NCBI GenBank assembly: GCA_963716745.1
Contig: OY970320.1
Coordinates: forward strand, 2,816,001 to 2,880,000
Source of the DNA: an uncultured Gemmatimonadaceae bacterium
Lineage (GTDB): Bacteria; Gemmatimonadota; Gemmatimonadetes; Gemmatimonadales; Gemmatimonadaceae
Length of the DNA: 64,000 nucleotides
Direction of reading: 5' to 3'
Below are positions 51,799-63,249 of this stretch, in pieces (positions within the stretch are counted from its first letter, which is position 1; each line of letters begins with the position of its first letter). The notes beneath the pieces are model-generated. The model did no database searches. It was not told the DNA's origin and saw only the letters and a program-made list of their open reading frames with translations. The position numbers and the translations under genes are program-made.

Positions 51799-51914
51799 CC
51801 GGGAGCCGATTGCCGGGAACCGGTGATACATGACAACACATGGTGTACTACCTCGCGCGAGGCAGTACACCATGCGTTTTCATGCCATACCGGTTCCCGG
51901 TAATCGGTTCCCGG
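51799..51914. repeat. Palindromic CCGGGAACCG-family element, long copy
   Basis: 27-nt arms 51799-51825 / 51888-51914; inner stem CATGGTGTACT / AGTACACCATG around CCTCGCGCGAGG. Confidence 0.92.
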
Positions 51915-51952
51915 TTGTTGCTGTCAGAGCAGGCGTGGCGCATACTCTGCGC

Positions 51953-53038
51953 ATGAGAACACTGAATGTCATCGCCGTATGCGCTCTGGCCGTTGTATCA
52001 GCCGCCGCCCAGCGCTCCGATCCTCATCCCACCTTCACCGTCGGCACCGCGACCGCCAAGCGCGGTGAGATCGCGTACGGCGCGCTGAACGTTCCGGCGG
52101 GCGTGGATAGTGCCACTTCGATGCCTGTCGCGATCATCCACGGCGCGAAGCCCGGTCCGGTGCTCGCGCTCGTCTCGGGCGCGCACGGTACCGAGTACGC
52201 CTCGATCGTTGCGCTCACGCGGATCATCGGCCGCATCGATCCCAAGACGCTCGCCGGCACGGTGATCGTCGCGCCGCTGCTCAATCCGGGCAGCTTCGAG
52301 CACATGATCCCCCACGTGAATCCGGCCGATCGGAAGAGCATGAACGGTTTCTATCCCGGCGATGCCGCCGGCACGCAAACGCAGCGCGCGCTCGCAATGG
52401 TGGCCGATCAGATCGTGAAGCCGTCCGACGCCGTGATCGATCTGCATGGCGGCGATCTCGATGAGGACCTGCGCCCCTACAGCTACTGGATGCGCACGGG
52501 CGACGCCAAGCTCGATTCCGCGAACAAGCAACTCGCGCTCGTGTTCGGGCTCGAATACATCATCCTCTTCGATGTGGACGTCACGAAGCCCGAGGGACGC
52601 CGCAATCTCAGCAGCTGGGCCGTGTCGCAGGGCAAACTCGCGGTGGTCGCGGAAGCGGGGCGCTCGGGCGTCTCGTCGACCGAAGACGTGAACTCGCTCA
52701 TCGATGGCTGTCTGAACGTGATGGGTTCGATGAAGATGATCGATCGCGCCGCGAAGCCGGTGGCGCATCCCGTGTGGGTATCGAACGACCAGCGCGTCGC
52801 CGCCGCCGGTCCGGGAATGTTCTACGCCACGGCGCTGCGCGGCGAGTACGTGATCGCGGGCGCGCGCGTCGGCTACACCACCGACTACCTCGGCCGCGCG
52901 ACCGGCGATATCGTCGCGCCAGTGACCGGCGTGGTGACGTTCATCCGCGGCGTGCCGAGCATGTGGAAGGGCGCCGCGCTGGTGGTCGTGGGCGAGGTCT
53001 CCGCCGAACCGCCGCCCTACGTGACACCCAAGCAGTGA
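51953..53038 (+). CDS. Succinylglutamate desuccinylase/aspartoacylase-family (M14) hydrolase, secreted
   Basis: GAHGTE, DLHGG and EAG motifs; biotinyl-like C-terminal domain. Confidence 0.85.
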   Translation: MRTLNVIAVCALAVVSAAAQRSDPHPTFTVGTATAKRGEIAYGALNVPAGVDSATSMPVAIIHGAKPGPVLALVSGAHGTEYASIVALTRIIGRIDPKTLAGTVIVAPLLNPGSFEHMIPHVNPADRKSMNGFYPGDAAGTQTQRALAMVADQIVKPSDAVIDLHGGDLDEDLRPYSYWMRTGDAKLDSANKQLALVFGLEYIILFDVDVTKPEGRRNLSSWAVSQGKLAVVAEAGRSGVSSTEDVNSLIDGCLNVMGSMKMIDRAAKPVAHPVWVSNDQRVAAAGPGMFYATALRGEYVIAGARVGYTTDYLGRATGDIVAPVTGVVTFIRGVPSMWKGAALVVVGEVSAEPPPYVTPKQ

Positions 53039-53886
53039 CCGGCCGGCGGGAATTCCTTCGGCGCGCCGGTGCCGCGCTCGCCGCGAGCGCGGTCGCTCCG
53101 CGACTCTTGAGCGCGCTCGATGCGCGAGCGGGACACATCGAGCGCATCGGGCTTCAGCTCTACACCGTGCGCGATGAGATGCAGAAGGATGTGGACCGCA
53201 CGCTGGCGCGCGTCGCGTCGATCGGGTACAAGGAAGTGGAATTCGCGGGATACTTCGGGCGCACGCCGAAGCAGATCCGCGCGGCGCTGGACACGAACGG
53301 GCTCGTCGCGCCCTCGGCGCACATCAGCATCGGCGACGTTCGCTCTCCCGACTGGCCGCGCACGATCGAAGGCGCGCACACGATGGGCATGAGTTATCTG
53401 ATCGTCGCCTCGCTCGACGACGCCGACCGCGTGTCGCAGGACAGCTACCGCGCGGCCGCCGACACGCTGATCGGCGCGAGCCCTGCCGCGGCGGCGGCGG
53501 GCATCACGATGGGCTATCACAATCACAACTATGAATTCACGCCGCTCAACGGGAAGAGCGGGCTCGCGGTGATGCTCGAACGCACTGCGGGATCGAGTGT
53601 CGTGTTCGAGATGGACATCTATTGGATCACCAGCGCGGGGCAGGACCCGCTCGCGTGGTTCGCCGCGTGGCCGGGCCGCTTCCCGTTGGTGCACGTCAAG
53701 GACGCGGGGCCTGCGCCCAAGTACGTGATGCACGATGTGGGTGCGGGGACGATCGATTGGAAGAAGATCTTCAAGATGAGCAAACAAGCCGGCATCACGC
53801 ACTACTTCGTGGAACACGACGATCCCGGCGACGCGTACACGTCCATCGCGGCGAGCTACGCGTACCTCAAGCAGTTGGATTTCTGA
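53035..53886 (+). CDS. TAT-exported sugar phosphate isomerase/epimerase (xylose-isomerase-like TIM barrel)
   Basis: GRREFL twin-arginine motif, GLQLYTVR, YHNHNYEF, EMDIYW, HVKD and VEHD. Confidence 0.88.
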   Translation: MTGRREFLRRAGAALAASAVAPRLLSALDARAGHIERIGLQLYTVRDEMQKDVDRTLARVASIGYKEVEFAGYFGRTPKQIRAALDTNGLVAPSAHISIGDVRSPDWPRTIEGAHTMGMSYLIVASLDDADRVSQDSYRAAADTLIGASPAAAAAGITMGYHNHNYEFTPLNGKSGLAVMLERTAGSSVVFEMDIYWITSAGQDPLAWFAAWPGRFPLVHVKDAGPAPKYVMHDVGAGTIDWKKIFKMSKQAGITHYFVEHDDPGDAYTSIAASYAYLKQLDF

Positions 53887-53892
53887 GCGATC

Positions 53893-54777
53893 ATGAACGA
53901 TCTCACCCGCCGCGACATGCTCGCCGCCACCGCCGCGCTCGGCGCGCTCGCGCTCGTCGATCCGCGAGCCGCCGCGGAATCCGCGGCGTCGCGCGAGGAC
54001 CGCGCGCCCGGTGCGGGGCGTCTCAAACAGTCGGTGGCGCGCTGGTGCTACGAATCCATTCCGCTGCCGCAATTCTGTTCGGCTGCGAAGGCGATGGGGC
54101 TCTCCGGCATCGATCTGCTGCAACAGAACGAATGGAGCTCGGTGAACGATGCCGGACTCACCTGCTCGATGGGCTACGCGTCCGATCGGCAGGATTTCCT
54201 GCGGAACGGATTCACGAACCGCGCGAGCCACCCGATGCTGCTCAAGGAGTACGAGCTCGCGCTGCCCGCGGCGAAGGCGAAAGGAGTGCCCAACCTCATC
54301 GCGATGTTCGGCAATCGCGATGGCCGCAGCGACGCCGATGCGATCGCCGCGGCGATCGATGGTCTGAAGCAACTCGCGCCGATGGCGGAGCAGGCGGGCG
54401 TCACGATCTGCGTGGAGCTGCTGAACTCCAAGGTGGACCACAAAGGATACCACGGCGATCATACGGCGTTCGGCGTGGCGGTGATCTCCGCCGTGGGCTC
54501 GCCGCGTGTCAAACTGCTGTACGACATCTACCACATGCAGATCATGGAAGGCGACATCATCGCCACGATCCGCGCGAACGCGCAGTACATCGGGCACTAT
54601 CACACGGGCGGGGTGCCTGGGCGGCACGAATTGGACGACACGCAGGAGCTCGACTGGCGCGGGATCTCACGCGCGATTGCGGACACGGGCTACACCGGGT
54701 TCGTCGCGCACGAATTCCTTCCGACGCGCGACCCACTGACCTCGCTGCGCGAGGCAGTGGTCGTGTGCACCGTTTGA
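53893..54777 (+). CDS. TAT-exported hydroxypyruvate-isomerase-like TIM barrel protein
   Basis: TRRDML, ELLNSKVDH, LLYDIYHMQIMEG and HTGGVPGRHE. Confidence 0.88.
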   Translation: MNDLTRRDMLAATAALGALALVDPRAAAESAASREDRAPGAGRLKQSVARWCYESIPLPQFCSAAKAMGLSGIDLLQQNEWSSVNDAGLTCSMGYASDRQDFLRNGFTNRASHPMLLKEYELALPAAKAKGVPNLIAMFGNRDGRSDADAIAAAIDGLKQLAPMAEQAGVTICVELLNSKVDHKGYHGDHTAFGVAVISAVGSPRVKLLYDIYHMQIMEGDIIATIRANAQYIGHYHTGGVPGRHELDDTQELDWRGISRAIADTGYTGFVAHEFLPTRDPLTSLREAVVVCTV

Positions 54778-54787
54778 CCGGCGACCA

Positions 54788-55405
54788 ATGGAACGACGCG
54801 ACGCCCTGAGGCTGCTCGCCGCATCGGTGGCCGGCTCGGCGCTCCTGCGCTGGGAGCCGGAGGCGCTCATCGCGGCCATCCGGCCGCATTTGGATCGTGA
54901 GCCGCGCGCCGGCGCTGCGGCGGACTATCGCTTCCAAGTGCTCGACGCGCACCAGCAGAAGACCGTCGCCGAACTCTGCGACATGATCATCCCGGCCACC
55001 GGCACGCCCGGCGCGAGCGCCGTGAGAGTCGATGAATTCATTGACGTGATCCTCGCCGAGTGGTGCAGCGATGCCGATCGTACGGCGTTCTTGAAAGGAA
55101 TCTCGGATCTCGATGCCGCATCAATGCAGGCGAACGGCGTCGCGTTCGTCGAGGCGACGGAGGAGCAGCGCGCGGCGCTGCTCACGAGTCTCGACAACGA
55201 ACTGACCGCGGCTCGCGCGGTTCGAAAGGCATGGAAACGCGGCGCCGGTCCGCCGCCGCCGGATCACACGAAGATGTTCTGGCACCAGCTGCGCTCGCTC
55301 ACCGTCACCGGCTACTACACGAGCGAGATCGGCTACACCGTGGAGCGGCAGGAGGTGCTGATCCCGGGCATCTACAAGGCGTGCACGCCCGTGGAGCGCC
55401 GCTGA
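54788..55405 (+). CDS. Gluconate 2-dehydrogenase subunit 3 family protein (TAT-exported small subunit)
   Basis: ERRDAL, IIPATGTPGA and TVTGYYTSEIG. Confidence 0.88.
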   Translation: MERRDALRLLAASVAGSALLRWEPEALIAAIRPHLDREPRAGAAADYRFQVLDAHQQKTVAELCDMIIPATGTPGASAVRVDEFIDVILAEWCSDADRTAFLKGISDLDAASMQANGVAFVEATEEQRAALLTSLDNELTAARAVRKAWKRGAGPPPPDHTKMFWHQLRSLTVTGYYTSEIGYTVERQEVLIPGIYKACTPVERR

Positions 55406-55407
55406 CC

Positions 55408-57091
55408 GTGGCGCCGCGAACGTTCGATGCCATCGTGGTGGGCTCCGGGATGACCGGCGGCTGGGCCGCGAAGGAATTCACCGAGCACGGATTGCGCACG
55501 CTCGTCCTGGAAGCCGGTCGCGACATCGTGCCCGAGCGCGATTACAACGAGCACGTCGCGCCCTGGCAGATGCACTTCCGGGACATGGGCGACCGCAAGG
55601 CGCTCGATCGCGACCAGCACATCCAGAAGGAATGCTACGCGTGCGATGAGATGGGTTCGCGCTTCTTCGTGAGCGACATCGAGAATCCGTACGTGCAGGA
55701 GCCCGGCACCGAATTCATGTGGATCCGCGGGCGCCAGGTGGGCGGCCGCTCGATCATGTGGGGGCGCCAGGTGTACCGCTGGAGCGATCTCGACTTCGAA
55801 GCGAACGCACGCGACGGCCACGGCGTCGACTGGCCCATCCGCTACGCCGACATCGCGCCGTGGTACTCGCACGTCGAACGGTTCATCGGCGTGACGGGGA
55901 ACCCGGAAGGACTACCGCAACTCCCCGATGGCGAGTTCCTGCCGCCGATGGCGCTCACGTGCGTCGAAGAACACATGCGCGACACGCTCGCGCAGAAGTA
56001 CAATGGCGAGCGGATGCTCACGATCGGCCGCGCCGCGGTGCTCACGGTGAACCACAATGGCCGCGCGGCGTGCCACTACTGCGGGCCGTGCGAGCGCGGA
56101 TGCATCACGCGGTCGTACTTCTCCTCGGTGAACGCGACGCTCCCCGCCGCGCGCAAGACGGGGCTGATGACGCTGCGCCCGAACAGCGTGGTGCTCGCGC
56201 ATCATCTGGGACAAGAAGACGGGCAGAGCGCGCGGCGTCGAAGTGATCGACGCCAAGACGAAAGAGACAATGGAGTTCCGCGCGCGCGTCGTCTTCCTCT
56301 GCGCCTCCACCATGGAATCGGCGCGCCTGCTGCTGCTCTCGGCGTCCCCCGACTGGCCCGATGGCCTCGCGAATTCCAGCGGCGAGGTGGGGCACAATCT
56401 CATGGACCACACCATGGGCAGCTGGTCGAGCGGCACGTTCGAAGGATGGACCGACAAGAAGACGTTCGGCCGCCGCCCGAACGGCACGTACATCCCGCGC
56501 TTCCGGAACGTGTCCAAGCAGCACCCCGATTTCCTGCGCGGCTATGGCATGCAGGGCGGGGGATTCCGCGGACATCCGAACGCCGACGACACGCCCGGCT
56601 TCGGCGCTGCGTACAAGGAAGCGCTCCGTTCCTGGGGGCCGTGGACCTTCTCGCTCGGCGGATGGGGCGAGTGTCTGCCGAATCACGACAATCACGTGTC
56701 GCTCGATCCGGAGAAGAAGGACGCGTGGGGCGTGCCCGCGCTGCGCGTCAGCGCGAAGTGGGGGGAGAACGATATCAAGCTGGTGAACGACGGCGCGCTC
56801 TGCGGCGCGGAGATGCTCGAGGCGGCAGGCGCCAAGAACATTAAGTCGGAGAACACCCCGACGCCAATGGGACTCTGCATCCACGAGATGGGAACGGCGC
56901 GCATGGGGCGCGATCCGCGGACGTCCGTGCTCAACGGCTGGAACCAGTCGCACGACGTGAAGAACCTCTTCATCACCGACGGCGCGTGCATGGCGAGTTC
57001 GGGCTGCCAGAATCCGAGCCTCACCTACATGGCGCTCACCGCGCGCGCGGTGGACCATGCCATGAAGGAGATGAAACGCGGCGCGCTCTGA
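55408..57091 (+). CDS. GMC oxidoreductase (glycoside 3-dehydrogenase-like flavoprotein), frameshift near 56200
   Basis: GSGMTGG FAD motif, GGRSIMWGRQ, CHYCGPCERGC Fe-S motif, HEMGTARMG and NPSLTYMAL. Confidence 0.9.
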
Positions 57092-57100
57092 GCGCACGCG

Positions 57101-57784
57101 TCACTCCGGGCAGTCGCTCGCGAGCTTGGATTTGCTGAGAGCCGACGGATCAGCGCCGTGCGCGATGAGCGTGTGGGCCATGCGCCGGAAACGCGCGAGC
57201 TCGGCCGCGGTGTTCTTCGCCGCGTGGGACACCTCCAGGATCACGCGCCCGCCAGGCATGGTCCACTCTTCGAGTCGCGCGCGCTTGGAGTCGTAGCGCA
57301 CCATGATCGCCGAGCACGCTTTGAGCATCGCGTGGAGCGCCGGCGGGGGTTGGGCCGCTTCGAGCGTGCACGCATATGAGTACGCGCGCACGAGCGAGTC
57401 GCCATCGAGGATCGTGATGTCCAGCTGCTCGGAGCGTTCGAACTGCAACGCGGGCGGGCACCTCCAATTCACGGGCCACGGCGTGTCCCGCCGGTACTTG
57501 AGCCGGACTTCGGCCTCGCCATCGTGCGACGAGCGTAGGCGGAGGATCACCGCTGTGCTCTCCGGCGGGGCCAATGCCGGCGGCTCGTCGAAGTAGCGGA
57601 CCTCGTAGTCCGACTGCTTCGCGTTCGACACGCCGAGCAACTCGAGCACCGCGGCCGGCGTCTGCGGCCCGCCATCCGCGGGCGCCCACCGGATCGCGAA
57701 CTCCGCCTCCGCCGGTTCGCGCGACTGCAGCGCAGTAATGAGTGCGGCCGCGATGGCCGCGCCGAGCAAGAGTCTCATGCGCAC
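57101..57784 (-). CDS. Hypothetical protein, possibly CYTH-like, with N-terminal hydrophobic segment
   Basis: EAEFAIRW, YFD, ILRLR, EVRLKYR and LEEW...LEVS resemble CYTH motifs. Confidence 0.5.
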   Translation of the reverse strand: MRMRLLLGAAIAAALITALQSREPAEAEFAIRWAPADGGPQTPAAVLELLGVSNAKQSDYEVRYFDEPPALAPPESTAVILRLRSSHDGEAEVRLKYRRDTPWPVNWRCPPALQFERSEQLDITILDGDSLVRAYSYACTLEAAQPPPALHAMLKACSAIMVRYDSKRARLEEWTMPGGRVILEVSHAAKNTAAELARFRRMAHTLIAHGADPSALSKSKLASDCPE

Positions 57785-57801
57785 GAATGTAGTGGTAGGC
57801 C

Positions 57802-57828
57802 ACAGCCGACAGCCAACAGTCCGCCGTT
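57802..57828. repeat. Solo arm of the ACAGCC(G/A) heptad element
   Basis: ACAGCCGACAGCCAACAGTCCGCCGTT versus ACAGCCAACAGCCGACAGCCCGCCGTT at 49181-49207. Confidence 0.7.
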
Positions 57829-57838
57829 AGCCCCTGCG

Positions 57839-57867
57839 TTGACTTAACCCCTCTCCCCGTCTACTTT
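57839..57867 (+). promoter_or_regulatory. Sigma70 promoter of rpsL
   Basis: TTGACT-N17-TACTTT, 70 nt upstream of the rpsL ATG. Confidence 0.7.
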
Positions 57868-57937
57868 CCACGTTCTGTTCCGTGCCGCCCATCGGGCGAT
57901 CCACGTAGGATCAGATCCACGAACGAATACGAGTCGA

Positions 57938-58327
57938 ATGCCAACGATCAACCAGCTCGTCCGGCGGAGCCGGCACGACGTCGCCAAGAAGGAAAAGGCG
58001 CCGGCGCTGAAGGGGAATCCGCAGAAGCGCGGTGTGTGCACCCGCGTGTACACCACCACTCCGAAGAAGCCGAACTCCGCGCTCCGCAAGGTCGCGCGCG
58101 TGCGCCTCACGAACGGCTTCGAAGTCAGCGCCTACATTCCCGGCGAAGGCCACAACCTGCAGGAGCACTCGATCGTGCTCATTCGCGGCGGCCGTGTGAA
58201 GGACCTGCCGGGCGTTCGCTACCATATCGTGCGCGGCACGCTCGATGCATCGGGCGTCAATGGCCGCAACCAGAGCCGTTCCAAGTACGGCGCCAAGAAG
58301 CCGAAGGCCGGGGGAGGTAAGAAGTGA
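57938..58327 (+). CDS. rpsL: 30S ribosomal protein S12
   Basis: MPTINQLVR...[11 protein letters not shown]...[11 protein letters not shown]. Confidence 0.99.
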   Translation: MPTINQLVRRSRHDVAKKEKAPALKGNPQKRGVCTRVYTTTPKKPNSALRKVARVRLTNGFEVSAYIPGEGHNLQEHSIVLIRGGRVKDLPGVRYHIVRGTLDASGVNGRNQSRSKYGAKKPKAGGGKK

Positions 58328-58794
58328 GCCGCCGCCAGAAGTCCGTCAAGCGCACGCTCCTCGCTGATGCGCGCTACGACAGCCAGACGGTCTCGAAGTT
58401 CATCAACACGTTGATGATCGAGGGCCGCAAGTCCACCGCCGAGTCGATCTTCTACGGCGCGATGGACCTCGTTGAGACGCGCACCGGCCAGACGGGCGTC
58501 ACCGTGTTCAAGGCCGCGCTGCAGAACATCAAGCCGGTGGTGGAAGTGAAGAGCCGCCGCGTTGGCGGCGCCACGTACCAGGTGCCGGTGGAAGTGCGCC
58601 CCGAGCGCCGCACGGCCCTCGCGATGCGCTGGCTGATGTCGTTCGCGCGCGAACGCAGCGAGAAGTCGATGGCCGAGAAGCTGGCCGCCGAAGTGGTCGC
58701 TGCGAGCAAGGGCGAAGGCAACGCGGTGAAGAAGAAGGAAGACACGCACCGCATGGCGGAAGCGAATAAGGCGTTCGCGCATTACCGCTGGTAA
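58324..58794 (+). CDS. rpsG: 30S ribosomal protein S7
   Basis: [15 protein letters not shown]...[16 protein letters not shown]. Confidence 0.99.
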   Translation: MSRRQKSVKRTLLADARYDSQTVSKFINTLMIEGRKSTAESIFYGAMDLVETRTGQTGVTVFKAALQNIKPVVEVKSRRVGGATYQVPVEVRPERRTALAMRWLMSFARERSEKSMAEKLAAEVVAASKGEGNAVKKKEDTHRMAEANKAFAHYRW

Positions 58795-58832
58795 CGGCGA
58801 GTCGTTGGTCGTACGCGTTTGGAACGACAATG

Positions 58833-58868
58833 GCCCCGCGAGACGAGATCTCGCGGGGCTTGTTGCTT
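58833..58868 (+). terminator. Terminator-like hairpin after rpsG
   Basis: GCCCCGCGAGA / TCTCGCGGGGC 11-bp stem followed by TTGTTGCTT. Confidence 0.6.
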
Positions 58869-58920
58869 CACGCCTGCGCGGCGGCCAAGTTCTGGATTCA
58901 GTCCTGAGCGGGGGAGTACC

Positions 58921-59946
58921 ATGACGAACAACAGTTCGAGTTGGCCGGCGCGAGTCCGCACGGCACTCGTCGCGGCGCTGCTGGTCGCGTATTCGGCGGC
59001 CTCGGTGGCGCAGACGCCGGCGCAGTACCAGGCGGCGGTGGATGCCGCGTACACCAAGTACAAGACCCTCGCCGAGGGCAAGAATGCCGACTACATCCCC
59101 GCGCTCGCGAAGGTGGATCCAGCGCTGTTCGGCATCGTGCTCATCACGTCGGACGGCAGGACGTACAGCGCCGGCAACGTGGCCACCGAGGTCTCGATCC
59201 AATCGATCTCGAAGGTGTTCACGATGGCGCTGGTGATGCAGCAGCAGGGCGCGGATGCGATCCTCAACACCATCGGGGCGGACGCGACGGGAATGAAGTT
59301 CAACTCGATCGTGTCGGTCGAGATGAGCAAGGGCGCTCCGGAGATGAATTCGCTGGTGAATCCCGGCGCGATCGCGACGACGAGCATGGTGCAGGGCAAG
59401 AGTTACGATGAGATCTGGGGCAGCATCCTCACGACGTACAGCGCATTCGCGGGCCGTCAGCTCAGAGTGCTGGATGATGTGTACCAGTCGGAGGCGGCGA
59501 CGAACCAGCGCAACCAGGCGATCGGCGCGCTCATGTACGCGTACGGGTACATCAAGGCGGATCCGGCGCGCGCGACGGACATCTACACGCGGCAGTGCTC
59601 GGTGGGGGTCAACGCGCGCGATCTCGCGAACATGGCCGCGACGCTGGCGTTCGGCGGCGCGAACCCCGTGAGCAAGGTTCAGGTGGTCCCGGCGAATATC
59701 GTGCCCAAGGTGCTGGCCGTCATGGCGACGGCGGGCCTCTACGACAACTCGGGGAAGTGGCTCTTCAATACGGGGCTGCCCGCGAAGAGCGGCGTGGGCG
59801 GCGGGATCATCGCCGTGTCGCCCGGCAAGTTCGGCATCGCTGTCGTGTCGCCGCCGCTGGATGACGCCGGCAATAGCATCCGGGCGCAGAAGGCGATCGC
59901 GGACATATCGAATGCGTTGGGTGGCAATCCCTACGCGAAACGGTAG
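58921..59946 (+). CDS. glsA: Glutaminase with N-terminal signal peptide
   Basis: ADYIPALA, SIQSISK (SxxK), VNPGAI, YTRQCS and GLPAKSGVGGGI; GGGGAG RBS; hydrophobic leader ending SVA-Q. Confidence 0.92.
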   Translation: MTNNSSSWPARVRTALVAALLVAYSAASVAQTPAQYQAAVDAAYTKYKTLAEGKNADYIPALAKVDPALFGIVLITSDGRTYSAGNVATEVSIQSISKVFTMALVMQQQGADAILNTIGADATGMKFNSIVSVEMSKGAPEMNSLVNPGAIATTSMVQGKSYDEIWGSILTTYSAFAGRQLRVLDDVYQSEAATNQRNQAIGALMYAYGYIKADPARATDIYTRQCSVGVNARDLANMAATLAFGGANPVSKVQVVPANIVPKVLAVMATAGLYDNSGKWLFNTGLPAKSGVGGGIIAVSPGKFGIAVVSPPLDDAGNSIRAQKAIADISNALGGNPYAKR

Positions 59947-59956
59947 AGTACCCGCC

Positions 59957-60661
59957 ATGGAGAACCGAGTCCGCGCCTTCTGGACCAGCGACCGGAGCTT
60001 GAACGTCCTGCTCTGGCTGCTCTGCATCACGATCTTCGGAGTGATCCCGGTGCTCGGACTCGAGGCGCTGCCGGGCTGGGAGCACGAGACGCTCACGGCG
60101 TTCTTCTCGCTCGTGATGGTCAGCGCGGTGCTCTCGGCGTGGAGCGAGAAGCACACGCGGCGACTGATCTTCGTCGCCGCGCTGCTGCCGCTCTCGCTGC
60201 TCTGGCTGGAGCTGTTCTACAAGGAGCCATGGTTCGCCATTGCGAGCGGCAGCATCCGGCTCTCGATGGTGGCGGTCTTCGCGGCGGTACTGCTTGGACG
60301 CGTACTCGCCGAGGGGCCGGTCACTGGAGCACGGCTCAAGGGTGCGATCGCGGTCTATCTGCTGCTGGGCGTGATCTGGGAGGAGTTGTACCGCGTCGTC
60401 TCGATCGGGGCGCCCGGGGCGCTCTCGGTCGCGGCGCGCGATGTGAACAGTCTGAAGTACACGGCGGAACTGATGTATTTCAGCTTTTCGACCCTGACGA
60501 CCGCGGGCTACGGCGACATCGTGCCGGTGAACCCCATCGCCCGCTCGCTGGCAAACGCGGAGGCAATCACGGGGCAGATGTACATCGTGCTGCTCATCGG
60601 GAGACTGCTTTCACTGCACTTGGCGCAGGAAGGAGAGAGGCAGAGGGCGGCCAAAGAATGA
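59957..60661 (+). CDS. Potassium-channel-family (Ion_trans_2) membrane protein
   Basis: YFSFSTLTTAGYGDIVP pore motif flanked by TM helices, with four further N-terminal TMs. Confidence 0.85.
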   Translation: MENRVRAFWTSDRSLNVLLWLLCITIFGVIPVLGLEALPGWEHETLTAFFSLVMVSAVLSAWSEKHTRRLIFVAALLPLSLLWLELFYKEPWFAIASGSIRLSMVAVFAAVLLGRVLAEGPVTGARLKGAIAVYLLLGVIWEELYRVVSIGAPGALSVAARDVNSLKYTAELMYFSFSTLTTAGYGDIVPVNPIARSLANAEAITGQMYIVLLIGRLLSLHLAQEGERQRAAKE

Positions 60662-60670
60662 CTGCGACCA

Positions 60671-60788
60671 CCGGGAACCGATTGCCGGGAACCGGTGATG
60701 CATAACAACACATGGCATCACGACGTCGCGCGAAGTCGTGATGCCATGCGTGTTCATGCCGCACCGGTTCCCGGCAATCGGTTCCCGG
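60671..60788. repeat. Palindromic CCGGGAACCG-family element, long copy
   Basis: Perfect 27-bp inverted repeat 60671-60697 / 60762-60788; inner perfect 14-bp stem CATGGCATCACGAC / GTCGTGATGCCATG around TCGCGCGA. Confidence 0.95.
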
Positions 60789-60808
60789 CTGTTCGGGAGT
60801 AGGCAGGG

Positions 60809-60836
60809 TTGACACCGCCCATTTTCCGAGTACTTT
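60809..60836 (+). promoter_or_regulatory. Sigma70 promoter of fusA-tuf
   Basis: TTGACA-N16-TACTTT, with the same -10 hexamer as the rpsL promoter. Confidence 0.65.
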
Positions 60837-61052
60837 TCCCAGGCTAACCCGAACCGTCGCAATCGCTTTACCCGGTTCGAACAACTGATCGCCGCGGCAT
60901 CGTGCCGCGACGCGCCCTTGGGTCCCCGTTCGCGCGACAGTGGCGAGCGCACCCGGACGGCAGCGGATGGATACCGGCTCCTCACGGAGCGCCCGGTCCA
61001 GCCGATTTTTTATTGATTGGCACTACACCTCGCCCCGCGGCGAACTGAGTCT

Positions 61053-63149
<2,097 letters not shown>

Positions 63150-63156
63150 ACGACGC

Positions 63157-63218
63157 GGGAAGCGGCAAGCGGGAAGCGCGATCGCGCGAGCAGTTTCGCT
63201 TCCCGCTTCCCGCTTCCC
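63157..63218. repeat. Heptad-periodic inverted repeat (GGGAAGC)3 / (GCTTCCC)3 between fusA and tuf
   Basis: GGGAAGC GGCAAGC GGGAAGC G ... C GCTTCCC GCTTCCC GCTTCCC. Confidence 0.9.
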
Positions 63219-63249
63219 TGTAACATCAGACTTTCACTCTCTAGGAATC

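Noticed and set aside
57938..58327. Streptomycin-resistance allele of rpsL
   Set aside because: TPKKPNS and RVKDLPG are wild-type at the usual Lys positions.
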